A DNA stretch of 64,000 nt from Sminthopsis crassicaudata (Eukaryota): NCBI RefSeq assembly GCF_048593235.1, contig NC_133618.1:660436361-660500360 (forward strand), read 5' to 3'. This document shows positions 1 to 11,496 of this stretch, piece after piece. The position numbers were made by a program, and so were the translations under genes. Each line of letters starts with the position of its first letter. The first letter of the stretch is position 1. The notes below the pieces were generated by a model, which ran no database searches, was not told the DNA's origin, and saw nothing but the letters and a program-made list of their open reading frames with translations.

Positions 1-763
1 TACATCCCTCCCAGTGTATGATCCAGAATGCAGAGGATCGTTATGCTTAGGACACGGGCCTTAGCTCTGACAAACAGGGTATCCACAAAATATTGACACT
101 ATGATGATACGAGGAACAAGATGTCGGAAAAGCTTATTTTTTAAGAAAAGAAAATATAGTGGGTTCTTGTCTCCCTTATTTTTGGAGCCCTGCCTCCGTG
201 CCTGCCCCAGCGTGTAACAGGATTCTATCACATCCACCCCCAGCCTCCCTGGACCCCTCCACGGTGTGGGGACTTCAGTGCTGGCCCCGGGGTAGGTCTT
301 TAACAAGGGGCATTAAACAGGGTCGAGCGTGGGCCCTGGGTTGTCGTCTACAGCCCGGTGGAGTCCTCTGAGCTCGGTCCGGCCCAGCGATCTGCCGGCT
401 CTAACATCCCATCATCCCATCACCGTTTGACAGATGTGCAAACTGAGGAGCAGCTTCCTGTTTTTTCTGGTCATTTCTGGCAGGGCCAGGCTAGCCAAGG
501 GCTGACTTCCTGATCGATTTATGTTCTTCAATAGGACTTTCATCTCCGAGATGAATTGGTCCTCCAGCCATAGAGAGCAGGCTAGCGATGCCAAGACTTC
601 TTCCAGCCATCTTGCTAAAGGAGAGCCCCGCCAGGATGGGGAAAGGGGCGGGGCGCCGTGACGCCGGCGAGGACGCCGTCACGTGGGAGGGCGGCTCCGC
701 TGCGGCTGCGGCTGCCTCGCTCGGCCCGACGAGCGGCCGCCCCGTGGGGAGCCGGCCCAGGCC

Positions 764-892
764 ATGGCGACCCATGGGCCACGCGCGCCCCCTCCGCCCT
801 CGCGGCCGCCGCGCGAGACCCGCGACGGGCCAACAGTCGGGACCCCCGCCCAGGCCTCGCGACCTCGGCCCGGCCGGGCTCCCGGCGGCGCG
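764..892 (+). CDS. FAM219B: FAM219B exon 1 ([10 protein letters not shown]...RAPGGA)
   Basis: ATG in strong Kozak context inside the CpG island; donor GCG|gtgagg, phase 0, compatible with the next exon. Confidence 0.7.
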
Positions 893-3800
893 GTGAGGGA
901 GGGAAGGAGAGGGCGGGCCCGGCCCCACCCCTCCAGGGGCTGCGGGGAGGGGGAAGGGTTTAGAGGGAAACTGAGGCCTGAGGGGGGAGGGCGCTGGCGG
1001 GGCCGGGCCCACGTGTCCCGATCTCTGAACCTCGGACACTGCCCTCCCTTGTCCTGCCTTAGCCTGTCCGGCGCCTCTCGGCTTCCCACTCTTCCCATCT
1101 CTCCCTCCTCCCTTTCCCCAGTTCTCTCTCCTCATCCTCCCCCCCCTGCCCTCCCCCCTCCCTCACCAATCCTTCCCATCCCTCCTCCCCGTCTCTCCTC
1201 CTTCCTCACTCCCCAGCCTCCCGGGTCTTCCCGCCCTCCCCCCCCCCCCCCGCCCTCCTCCCTCCCACCTCGGGAAGCCTCCAGGCTGGAGGACGCCGGG
1301 GGCTGTCGTTGCTTTCGGGGCTCTGCTGTGGGCGGTTCCCTCCGGCCGGAGGCTGGTTTTCAGCTCGCTGCCGCTTGCCCCCGCAGGTGCTGAGCGGCTA
1401 CAAGCGCGTAGACTGGGCTCCGGAGGCGGTAGAGAAGAGGGGGCCGTACATCATGGCCCGCATGCCGTCCATCCAGGCCAAGCTGCGTGAGTATCCGCGG
1501 CTCTGATTGGCTCCTCCGCAGGAGTGCGCGGGCGCAGGTCCTGGAGTCCCCGACTTAGTCAGCTCAGGGGTCTCCTAGGTGAGGTCACTCATTTGTCACT
1601 GAGAGTTCAGAGAGGTCACGGGCGCCAGAGCTGGGACGGGCCCAGGGCCGGGGCTCACTTAGTGCAGCCCTCTGTACTGTGCTGTCTCAGGCCCAAAGTC
1701 AGGTCACTGGAGAGTCTCTGCCCCTCCTGAGATCTGCGCGTCCTGGGGCTGAGCTTGAAGCTTGCTTTCTCTTGTGTAAATAAAGGCCGCTGGGAGAGGA
1801 AACGAGACCGCGATGAATATCAGGAACCCTCGGGAAGGGAGGGAAGATAGGTCCTTCTCCGCTTAGTGACCGGTGCATGGAGGACGCTGATTGGCCTCCC
1901 AGCTGGGGGAGGAGGGCCGGGCACTGCCAGCCTGGGCCCTTCTGAGGGCTCTTTATGAGGCTGCCCCATGCTGGGATGTTAGCGCTTTCTCCTCCGCTAC
2001 ACAGGGGGCGCTATATCAGAGACAGTGATTTGATTGTATTTATTCAGTTCACAGATGTGACTATTATAATTAGGTGCCATCCAGTTTGTCTTTGAGCGGT
2101 CACGTGTTTGGCTGTAAGAACTTATGAAAAGGGGCCTATTGACGTGGGCTCCTTCGTTTTCCAGAGAAGCACCGAGACCTGGCCAAGGCCGTCCTGCGGA
2201 GGAAGGGCGTGATGGGAGCCTCCTCACAGCATGCCAGCTCTTCCGGGAAAAGGTCCAGCCACTTCCTGTCTTCTCTCTCTGGGCGGGGGTTTCCAGGGAT
2301 GCCCTTAGGGCTCCTTAGTCAGCCGGGCCTGGGGCGGGGCTGGGAGTGGAGGACCCTGAGGCCGAAGAAAAGGTGATATCACTGTGAGAGGGAAGCCACA
2401 GTGAAGGGAAGGAGTTGGATTCTGGAGCGCCCTTCTCTTTGGTTCCGGGGAGGTCTTTGTTGGGAAGGAGGCTCTTAAATATCTGACATTCTGTGAACCT
2501 GTGAAAAAGGACCCTGATGCAGGAAGAGCTTCTTATCCAGTGGGAAAATAAAGTGTGCGGTAAAGCACCGTGGTGAGAACTAAATGAGATACTGATGGTG
2601 AAGTTCTACTCGAAAGCAACCGAAAAGGTCGTGCTTGCAAATTAAGTGTAACTAGGGCTTAAGAGAAGTGTGAACAAGCTTGTCATCACAATTCCTAGGA
2701 AGGATGGACCGTTAATCGGTAAAGTTCTTTCTAGATCTAAATATATAATTCCACGTCTTCTCTTTGGGAGGATAATGGAGAGTTTTTGTGGAAAAGATGG
2801 TGGTTGTGAACGGCTAAGAATGAGAAGAGCAAGAAAGACCATTCTAGGTATGGGAACTGGTGTCTGGGGGGCCTCGCCGAATGTCTCCTTGAGCAGGCGT
2901 GGTCCGAAGGGTCGGGTGAGAGTGGAGGCAGGCCTCGGTGCGGGGTGACTGTGCAGGCCGTGGCCAGCCCCACGCCTCGGGAACACGAGCAGGGCTCCGC
3001 ACTTGTCAAGCCGAGGCACTAGTGGCGTCTGCCCCAGATGAGGGCCGCCACGGAGGACATCCTGCTGAGATGCAGGGGACCGGAGACCGTGCTGGGTGCA
3101 GGAAGCCTGGAGGGACAGGGAGAACCTGCGGTTGTGAGAGGAGGACACTACCACTAACCAGAGCGGGAAAGTCAGCAAGAGCGGCTGAGCTGATGCAGGG
3201 ATGAGGGAGCCTAGAGAGAAGCTTGTACTGAGAGCATGGCTTCCATCTTAGGATCCCTGACACCAAGAATGAGCTTGGGCGGCTGTGAGAAACGGAGCTG
3301 TGGGGCCTAGGGGAGAGGTCAGGACTGAATTTGTAGATGTGGAAGTGAAAGTGAAAGATGAATACTTGGAACTGGAGAGATAAGAGAGAGGGCCTAGAGA
3401 GGACCAAAGGGTCGGCCTTGGGGCTAGAAGTGGAAGAGGAGCCTCAGAGGAGGAATTTGAGAAGATAGGGTGGTCCCCAGGGTCAGATGTTAAAAAGGGG
3501 TCCAGAAAGGCAAAGTTTGAACAAACAGACCCCTGGATTTCCCTTTGGGGAAGTCATTTTTGACTTTCACCAAAAAGCCGATTTAGTGAATGATAGGGAT
3601 AGAAGGCAGTTGGTTTACAAGTTGAGTAAGTCAGTGGAAAAATGGAGTCAGTGAGGGTTGACTTCTCTTTCAAGAAGTTAGGTAGTAAAAAAGAAAGCAA
3701 AGATAATAAATCAAACCGCTCAGAGGGCTGCTGTGGGATTTATAATCCAGACCTTTATTTTACAAAGGAGGAAACCAAGATCTACAAAAGTTAAACCAGC

Positions 3801-6800
3801 TTGCCCAGTCATCCGGTGAGACCTGGTGCCGGAACTCAAGCCGTCATTACTCATTGCATTGTTTCATGCTGCTTCACTGTTCACTGGCTAAATAAATGAC
3901 TTTTAACATTTTAGCAATTAGAACTGTTACAAAATTGGATGGATTGCACCAACAGCAGGTTCTGTTACTATATATCTTTAAGCAGAGGATAGATGACCCA
4001 CATGCTGCTTTCAAAGTGCCTTTGATTTATTCTCTGATTTGAGAGTTTATACCCCTAAAATGAGGATAAATCCAACAGCCAGAGAGCTAAGGCAGCTGGG
4101 AACCTTTGATCTTTTGGACAGTCCCAGTACATCCACACACTGCCCGAGCACATGTTGTACATTCTCAGAGGAGGGAGAACAAGGGTATTGGATTAATTCT
4201 GCACTTTCACAGTTATGGACTTTGGCTTTTTATGTAAGATGACATTGCTTCATTCCAGGCTGTTACCTCTGTGCCTTTATTCCTGTGTCCCCTCAGGTCA
4301 GTGAAGTTTAACAAGGGTTATGCTGCCCTCAACCAAAGTGCAGATGAAAATCTGGTGTCTCTCGATTCAGACAGGTGAGTTTTTCCTCTTTCTAGAAAAG
4401 AGCAGGAGGAAGTTGGGAAAAGAGTCAATGAATACTTACCCGATTCCTCCTGGTTCTTTTCTGGGAATAGGAACTGCCAAGAATGGCTTGGCTTCTGAAC
4501 TAATGGGTCATGCCATTCTGTGGAGTTCAGCCATCCTTCTGTTTGCTTAAACTGTAGGCCTTGGCCAAGACTGTAACACAGCTGTTTGATTTAATACAAG
4601 GTGGAAGGAGGCACAATCACAATCACCTCTTAACTGATCTGGGAGGTCCTTCGGTAATTAGTTGGCCTGTGCCCGGGATCTCTTCATCCTTCCTCTCCAT
4701 CTGGTTGTAGTTGGCATTGAGGGCTCGATTTCATCCTTATATTTTATTATTATCTTCTCTTTTCCTAGTGATGGAGAATTGGAATCCAGATACTCATCAG
4801 GCTACTCCTCTGCAGAGGCAAGTACACAGTCCCTGTCTGACTGACTGTAATCCATCCCCCAGACCTCTAACCCCCAACAAGCTTCACTGATGGGGCTCTA
4901 GTTTTTTTCAGAACCTAGTCTAGAGTCCCTTTTTGGAATGTACTCTTCTGTTCCCCGAGCTGTCACCTAGGTGTCTGGGGTGCCTTTGGAGAAGGCTGAT
5001 TAAAAATTGGGTGTTGAGTCACTCCCTAGCAGTTCTTGTTTGTTAGCATGTGGTTTCTAGAACAATCTTGCTGTAGGTCTTGTGAAATGATGTTAGAAGT
5101 GTGGTGAGCTCTCTGCCTTATGACAACTGCCAGCAGATTTTCAGGGAGGGGTCCAGATGCCTTATTGTTCTATAATGTGCTTTTCTGTCAGTGTCCAGTA
5201 CTGCCCATGCCTTCAGGGGAGAGACTGGGGGCCTTGGAGATTCTGCTGCAGTGAACAGTGCCAGTTAATGCTTGTTATACAGGGACTAAAGGATGAGGAG
5301 GAGACTTGCAGTACCCACCCTTGCTTGGGTGATGGGGGGCCTCAGTGAGTCTGAGCAGGAAGAACACTGAATTTGGACCCAGGAGATGCGGGTTCAGCTT
5401 CCAGATCTGCTGTTTACTTGTAGCCTCCCCCCAGCTCCAAGTTTTCTCCTTGTAATACCTCCTTAACAGGGTTGCTGGAGGAACAAATGAGGTAATTTAA
5501 TTATTAAGGCATTTAATAAGTGCCTCCTGTATGCCAGGTGCTAGAATCTCAGCTGCTGCCCCGGGCACTCCTGTTGTAAAGGGTTCCTTGGGCTGGGAGG
5601 GATGTGGCCCCAGAGCAGCAGCATCTCCATCAGGAACTTGGTTTCTCTCCCGCTGCTGCTTCCCTTGTAAGGCCTGTTCCAGGTTGTGGGATGACCTAGT
5701 TCTGTAGTAGAGCACATGGCTCCTATTGATAAGGAGCCTCATCCTCCAGACATTGACTTTCCCCATCAGTTCAGGTCTTGTCTGTTCAGTTCCCACAGAC
5801 GTCTGCCCTTCATTCTGATCTCTCCGGCCGTATCCAGGGCCTTTGTTTGGGCCTTCTTTAGCTTGGTCTCAGGCTGGGGTTTAGTTGGGGTGATTCCATC
5901 AGTAGAAGGACTCATCTCTGAAGGCAGATCGGCATCTTCTGTACTGTTAGCCAGTGACTTGCCCAGGATTAGGGATGTTTTGGAAGCTGGACTTGAATAC
6001 GGGTCTCCCTGACTCCAGGGACAGCATTGATGTCCTCGATGCCACTCCTGCTTTAACTATTGTGCTCATTTTCTCCTTAGTCTCCCTGCTAAAACAGTAT
6101 TCCTGAAACATGAGACCAGCCAGGTCACTCAACCTGCTTAAGTTTCTGTGGCTTTCTGGGGCCTATGTTAGGGCACACATGAGCTCCTTGAACTTGTAAA
6201 GTTCCTCCCACTTGGCTCCAGCCTCTATTTCCAAGCTTTGTACCCATTACTTTCCCTCACAGAGTCTACATTGTAGCCAGACTGGTCACCTTCTTGTTCC
6301 CCATGGGGAGTGTTACCCATTTCTCCCCACTTAATGCACAATCTGTTTCATGTCTGAAATGCTTTTTCTCACTTGTCTCAGAACCCCCAGCTTCCTGCCA
6401 CTTAGGAAACAACTACTCCCTCCCTTGTTATTCTGGGATATTCTGTAAATTCTTATATCCAGATTCAGTAAGCAGCTTGGATAGTGGATAGAAACCTGAT
6501 GTAGGAAGCAGGAAGACTTGGATTTAGGGGCTGATATCTACTGCCCATGTGACTCTGGACAGCCCACTGGGGAATTGGCCTGTACCAGTGAAACCACAGG
6601 AACTGTCTTTGGCCTCTACTTCTCAGGGTACATGTGTCCCTTCTGGCTTTGTCTTTGATTTCCAGAACAGGTTTTTCAAATTGAATAGAATTGACCCAAG
6701 GTAGAGAAGCGAGGAGAGCCAGAGAGCTGGTACTTTGTAACGGGAGTTGGGTTGGGGCTCTGGCTTTGTCATTTCCTTTTCACCATGCCGAGGGAGTGCC

Positions 6801-7213
6801 CTGCCCAGTGGCTCTTGGAGGCTCTCTACTCTTTGGAATCAAACAAAAAGTCCGATGTACAGCAAGACCACAGGTGTCTGGGGAGAACAATGTGGCAGAG
6901 ATGTCAACTAGGATGTAGCAGGCCCATCTACCAATAGAAGCTGACCCTGTGCTATGCTATGCATGCATGTGACATAGTTACTTTTGCATAGCACTTAATG
7001 TTACTTTCCAGCCAGGCTTCTAATCATCTCCTCCTCCTCTCTCAGCAGGTGAATCAGGATCTGAACCGGCAATTGTTGCAAGATGGGTATCACTTGGATG
7101 AAATGCCGGATGATGAAGATCTGGATCTTATTCCTCCCAAGCCTATGGCCTCCTCCTCCTGCACCTGCTGCTGCTGCTGCCTTGGGGAAGCATTCTCCTG
7201 TACCGTCCAGTAG
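764..7213 (+). CDS. FAM219B: FAM219B, spliced CDS join(764-892,1387-1486,2165-2252,4297-4374,4769-4817,7046-7213), 612 nt, 203 aa
   Basis: Kozak gccATGG at 764. Exon peptides [53 protein letters not shown] and [33 protein letters not shown] match recalled mammalian FAM219B. Phases are continuous and the stop is TAG 7211-7213. Exon 1 is the least conserved part. Confidence 0.92.
1387..1486 (+). CDS. FAM219B: FAM219B exon 2
   Basis: ccgcag acceptor; [33 protein letters not shown]; C|gtgagt donor. Confidence 0.9.
2165..2252 (+). CDS. FAM219B: FAM219B exon 3
   Basis: ttttccag acceptor; [28 protein letters not shown]; weak donor AG|gtccag (alternative donor at 2373, see findings). Confidence 0.85.
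2840..3690 (-). mobile_element. Old LINE-2 fragment
   Basis: Purine-rich strand with L2-like motifs (e.g. gttgacttctcttttcaagaagtt); recognised from memory, boundaries approximate. Confidence 0.5.
4297..4374 (+). CDS. FAM219B: FAM219B exon 4
   Basis: cctcag acceptor; [25 protein letters not shown]; AG|gtgagt donor. Confidence 0.95.
4769..4817 (+). CDS. FAM219B: FAM219B exon 5
   Basis: ttcctag acceptor; [16 protein letters not shown]; GAG|gcaagt GC donor. Confidence 0.92.
7046..7213 (+). CDS. FAM219B: FAM219B exon 6 (terminal coding exon)
   Basis: ctcag|cag tandem acceptor; QVNQD...[15 protein letters not shown]-stop. Confidence 0.95.
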   Translation, partial: QVNQDLNRQLLQDGYHLDEMPDDEDLDLIPPKPMASSSCTCCCCCLGEAFSCTVQ

Positions 7214-8485
7214 GCAGTGCCTGCCTGGGGGGACAACACAAGAGGGACAGTAGCCTGGGACCTTTAGGGCATGGTCCCTACTTCCCTGGTGGGCAGAGCT
7301 GTCAGCACCAGATTCATCATTTAGGAAGGTCAGTGACTTGCAGGAAACTGCCATGGTGTTTCAGACAAAGGCTCTATAGGGCAGAGTTCAGGTGGGGAGT
7401 CCATGGGACTGGGTGGGAGGGATACATACAGGTTCTATCTGATGCAGCAGTCATCTTGGGAGAAGACGCTTCCCTCTTACAGGGAAGAAAATGCTGGATT
7501 TTTTCTTAAGAATAAGGGTAACAAAATTTGTTTTGTTTTAGAGAAGTCGTCAGCTCTTCAAATTAACCTACTTATCATTTGAGTGCAATAGATGTTGATT
7601 TGACATTCTCTATAGGAGCGTCTACTTTCTAGTATAGTGTATTCAGGATATTGTATGGTAAGGTGAGGAAAAGGAGTTTGAGGCAGCTGACCTTAGCTAA
7701 GGAGTCTTTAAGGAGAATTTTGGTCCCTTGGGATTCCAATAGAAGGAAGCTTCACTGGCATTGGTAAGACCCACGGAAGCCAAAGTGAAATGTGTACCTT
7801 CTCTGTAGGTGCTGCTGGTGGGCTTTCCCCTTCCCCTAAGCCTGGGTGAGCCCACTGCTTTGGCAGTGGTGGCCATGGCCCACTGTAATGACCAGTTTCC
7901 AAATCCTGGCAATTGTGAAGCTGCTGTGATTGGCCAAGACCCCATAGTCAGGTGCTGTGGCTGCTTTGCATAGCTAGCTTTTCTTCTCTCCCAATCTGCA
8001 TTTATTTATTTATTTGGGTTTTCTGGTCCTTTGCTTTTAGCCTTGTTCTTGCCTAGCTCCCCAGTCTCTTTCTTAGGTCGATGGCATTCAGGTTGGGGGG
8101 AGCTAGCCTCTAGCTTTGGTAAGGAGACAGACCAGAAGTTTTTGTAATTTTTGTTAAGAACTCTGGAGTCCTGGTCTGAGGAGGGCTGTCCTAAAGGGTT
8201 AGAGGACTGATGTATGTTTTAGCCCAAGGAAAAGTAGGAGTTGGACAAACCAGGAAGCAGTGACCAAAGAGGCTGACTATCCCCAAGCTGGGCTCTCCTG
8301 CCCTTCTGCTACTCCTTTCTTGGTGGAGCTCAGCAAGCCCTCAAGGCAGGCCCAAAGCCACAGATGTTCTTAGGTTTTCATTTTCACTCAGGAATGGAGG
8401 ACCCAGGATATTTAGACAGGAGACCTTGGATTGACCTTTGAATTCTGCTTAGTTTCAACAGATGGGCTCAGCTTCCCCCTGGGTT

Positions 8486-8491
8486 TTTATT
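8486..8491 (-). terminator. Candidate distal MPI polyadenylation signal (AATAAA on the - strand)
   Basis: First tttatt found when scanning by eye downstream of the MPI stop; use is not demonstrated. Confidence 0.3.
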
Positions 8492-9719
8492 TTTCCATTT
8501 GGTTAATTTGTTTTGCCTAAGACAGAGCTCTGTTTCTAGGAAGAAGGGGCGTGTGGGCCACATTGGGAGCTGGTGTGGGATTATGAATGTACCAGTCCAA
8601 GACTCCCCTTGGCTATCTGGCATTTTAGGGTCATCTTCCTCACAGACCCTTTTCAATATCTTCTCCTCAGGTGAATTTGGGGGACTCCATGTACCAGGTT
8701 GGTGCTTGATCCCCTAGTTCTGAGTAAAGAGGGAATGTTAAGGAAATCAGGACAGCTGCAGAGATGCTTTGGGATCTCTGCATTCCATTAATCTGGTGTC
8801 CCACCTGCCACCTCAATCTAGGGATCTGTGGGGCCTGTTAGATCTAGACTGGACAAGAAAAAGGCAGAGGGATTTCAGAGACAACCAAACACAAACAGAA
8901 ACCTTGTTCTATTTTTTTCCCCCTACTTTTGGTTTCAACTTCAGACCCCTTTGGGGCAGTTGTTCACTGTAGTTGTCTACTTGTAGGACGTGTGCACTTG
9001 TATTCCCAAGTTGTTTTATGGCTCATTGTGTGTGTGTGTTTTTGCAAAGAATGATAACAGATGAGTAGTGAGAAAAAAGCACTGGAAGGATGTAAAACAG
9101 GGAGGTCATTAAAAGCACAATTACTTTCTCTTATGGAATTTCTTGTGGAGTAACAGAAGGCCTTGAGTGTGAGGTATAGTCAATCCCTCAGTGGGATGAA
9201 AGAACAGAAAAGCCTGGAGTCCAAGCCTGTTTCTAAGCCCAGAACTAGGGTACTATTCTGACCCACTGCTCTCTAGCCCTTGGCTTTCCACCCCAGCTAT
9301 TTTTGTCTCGTTGTCATGGAAAGAGCTTCTGAATTTTCTGGCACTAATGTCCATCCTGCCTCACAGATCACTGGAGGATTCCATTATAATAGATGCTGTA
9401 AAGGCTCTGGGTAGAAATTGTAAGGTGATGGCTGGCTGCTGAAGAGTCTGGTCAACAAGCCAACTGTCTGGAGCCACCACAGCCTATTGTCAGACCAAGC
9501 TGCTTGGAAGCCAGTCTGCTGAAGCCCACCAGTGACAGGGATGCTTTAGGTCACTCACCTTCTGGTGCTTTGCAAATGACAATCAGTACACTTGAGAAAA
9601 TGGACAGGTTTGTTTTGGCTACTCAATCTTGGGGCGGATTTATGTGGTGTACATACATATGTATATTCAGAGATGTGTATGGCTTAGAGTTTTCTATCAT
9701 GAGCAGAGTTTATAAAATC

Positions 9720-9725
9720 AATAAA
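9720..9725 (+). terminator. Probable FAM219B polyadenylation signal AATAAA
   Basis: AATAAA with upstream TGTA motifs (about 9648-9680) and a downstream GT-rich tract (ctctgtgtgtgtcggtgtggt). An ATTAAA at 9108-9113 may be a proximal alternative. Confidence 0.7.
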
Positions 9726-11280
9726 TTTCTTCATGCTACAGGATCTCTGTGTGTGTCGGTGTGGTGGGGGCTACTAGCATGAGCCCCCCAGGTGAGAGAT
9801 AAAAATCTGGACTTCTGCATCCTAGAGATCTCTTCTTGCTTTTAGGAACAAAAAGCATTTGGGCATGCTTCTCACCTGTCACTGCAGTGACAGCATGTGC
9901 TGGCCCTGGGTGATAGCACCTCATCTGCACTTTGTAGCCTTGAGCCTTTTGTATAGAGGGGTCAGCTGGCAGGGAACCAGTCTGTGCACTTTCATTGGTA
10001 CAGGGAATTTTCTCTTTTCTTCAAGCTAGCATTGTCTGAAGTGCTGAGAGTTGGTGTCTTGCCCTGATCACCTGGCCAGTCAGAGGAGAAGAGAAAATTG
10101 AACACAAGTCTGCTGGGCCCTGACAGGCCCCTTGACACACATCTGTCGGGCTACATGACATCACAAAGGCCCCCAAAGCTAGGGATTTTTTGCTTGTACC
10201 CATTCCTGATTCCCCCCACCATTACCAACTAGCAAGGGCCTAGCTCCTGTCCATTTCTCCTGTGTCACCTCAGATGGCTGGATTCAGCCTAGGCCCTGTG
10301 AATGGCAGCTACAGGATTCTCCTGCCACCCATCTGCCACTCCTCTGAGCTTCCTAGGACTCCCCAGCATGACACCCACTGCTTGTTGAACCTCACAAAAG
10401 GTCTGAAGTCAAACTGAAGCCTCAGTTCTGGCATCTTGGAAATTAATGTCCCCATTCTTCCATCCCCTGGCTGTTATGTTAAGTCACCACAGGGCAGGCA
10501 CCTCCCTGGTCCCAGTGGTAATTTTTTTGAGAGTTCAGACCCCCCTAGGGAACCCATTACAGGAAACCCAGATTCAAGCCCCCTCATCAGATCCTGGCTG
10601 GCCTAGCTTGGTCCCTCAACAGCTCTGTGAGATGCTGACCTGCATCGACAGAAGTTCCTCCTGTGGATGTTTAAGGTCAAAATCAAGATAACACAATCAG
10701 GAACACCACAGGGAACTAGTGTGTCAACTCAACAGATGCTTGTTGGAAGTTTGCTAGAAACAGAGAGCTCTACCAAGGGTCAGACGAGGAAACATGCCAG
10801 ATGAGGCAGGACTAGTTGTGGGGCAGCCCCCATTGCTGCAGAAAGCCCCAGGGTCTGCCCCAGAGAGGCTTGCTGCACGCTGCTGGAGAGCGTGCCCGCT
10901 ACTTGCCTCCTACAGAGTGAAAGGCCTTGCTGCAGTTTCTGAGCATCAGCCCCAGCAGGCCCAGGGTCTTCAACAGTGGCGCCCCAGGCCACATTAAGTC
11001 GTCACTATTACCTTACAGGTGGACAGCGGCATCCCCCCACCCCAGTCCAGCATCTTGGAGGGGCATTCAGCATGTGCTTACATCCCTCCAGAGAGGGCCG
11101 CCCCCCCACCCCTATAACTGTAGAAGTAGTCCCTTCCCCACTCCTGCAGAGGTGCTGGTGGTTTCTGGAGCTAGGTAAGGAACACCGCTGGCATGATGCT
11201 TGGGCCTACTTTCTTGCAGCTGCTCAGACACACATCACAGGCCTGATTGGAGACCAAGGGGATTACTATGGCGAGGTGCC

Positions 11281-11496
11281 CTAGAGCACACAGCAGGCCC
11301 GGAACATCACCATGTCTTCCTCCGGATCAATTTCCAGATGGAGAGACTCTTTGGCTGCAATGAAGACCACAGTACCACGCTGCAGTTGGAGAAAGTTTTC
11401 TGGCCCCGTGTTACCCTGGGCTTTGCCCTTCACCACAAGGAGGATGCTGGCTGACTCGATGTTAGCAACCATGTAGAAATGCACAGAGGCAGGAAC
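11281..11496 (-). CDS. MPI: MPI exon 8 (terminal coding exon)
   Basis: VPASVHFY...SASILL...FRACCVL-TAG. Confidence 0.95.
   Translation of the reverse strand, partial: VPASVHFYMVANIESASILLVVKGKAQGNTGPENFLQLQRGTVVFIAAKESLHLEIDPEEDMVMFRACCVL

Larger units (their letters stand above)
600..1760. promoter_or_regulatory. CpG island / FAM219B promoter
   Basis: Very GC- and CpG-rich stretch over exons 1-2; GTCACGTGG E-box (USF/MiT-type) at 678-686; GC boxes. Boundaries approximate. Confidence 0.85.

Noticed and set aside
491-1393. Long ORFs 683-1393 (+, 236 aa) and 491-1135 (-, 214 aa)
   Set aside because: Pro/Gly/Arg-rich by-products of a stop-poor CpG island. Only 764-892 fits FAM219B, and the rest reads through intron 1.
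5497-5870. About 125-codon open frame on the - strand in FAM219B intron 5
   Set aside because: No recognisable homology, no convincing start or splice context, and it ends in a MIR/L2-like tail; compatible with chance.
9876-9893. Perfect 18-bp palindrome ctgtcactgcagtgacag
   Set aside because: About 0.25 such palindromes are expected by chance in 64 kb, and nothing else supports a function.
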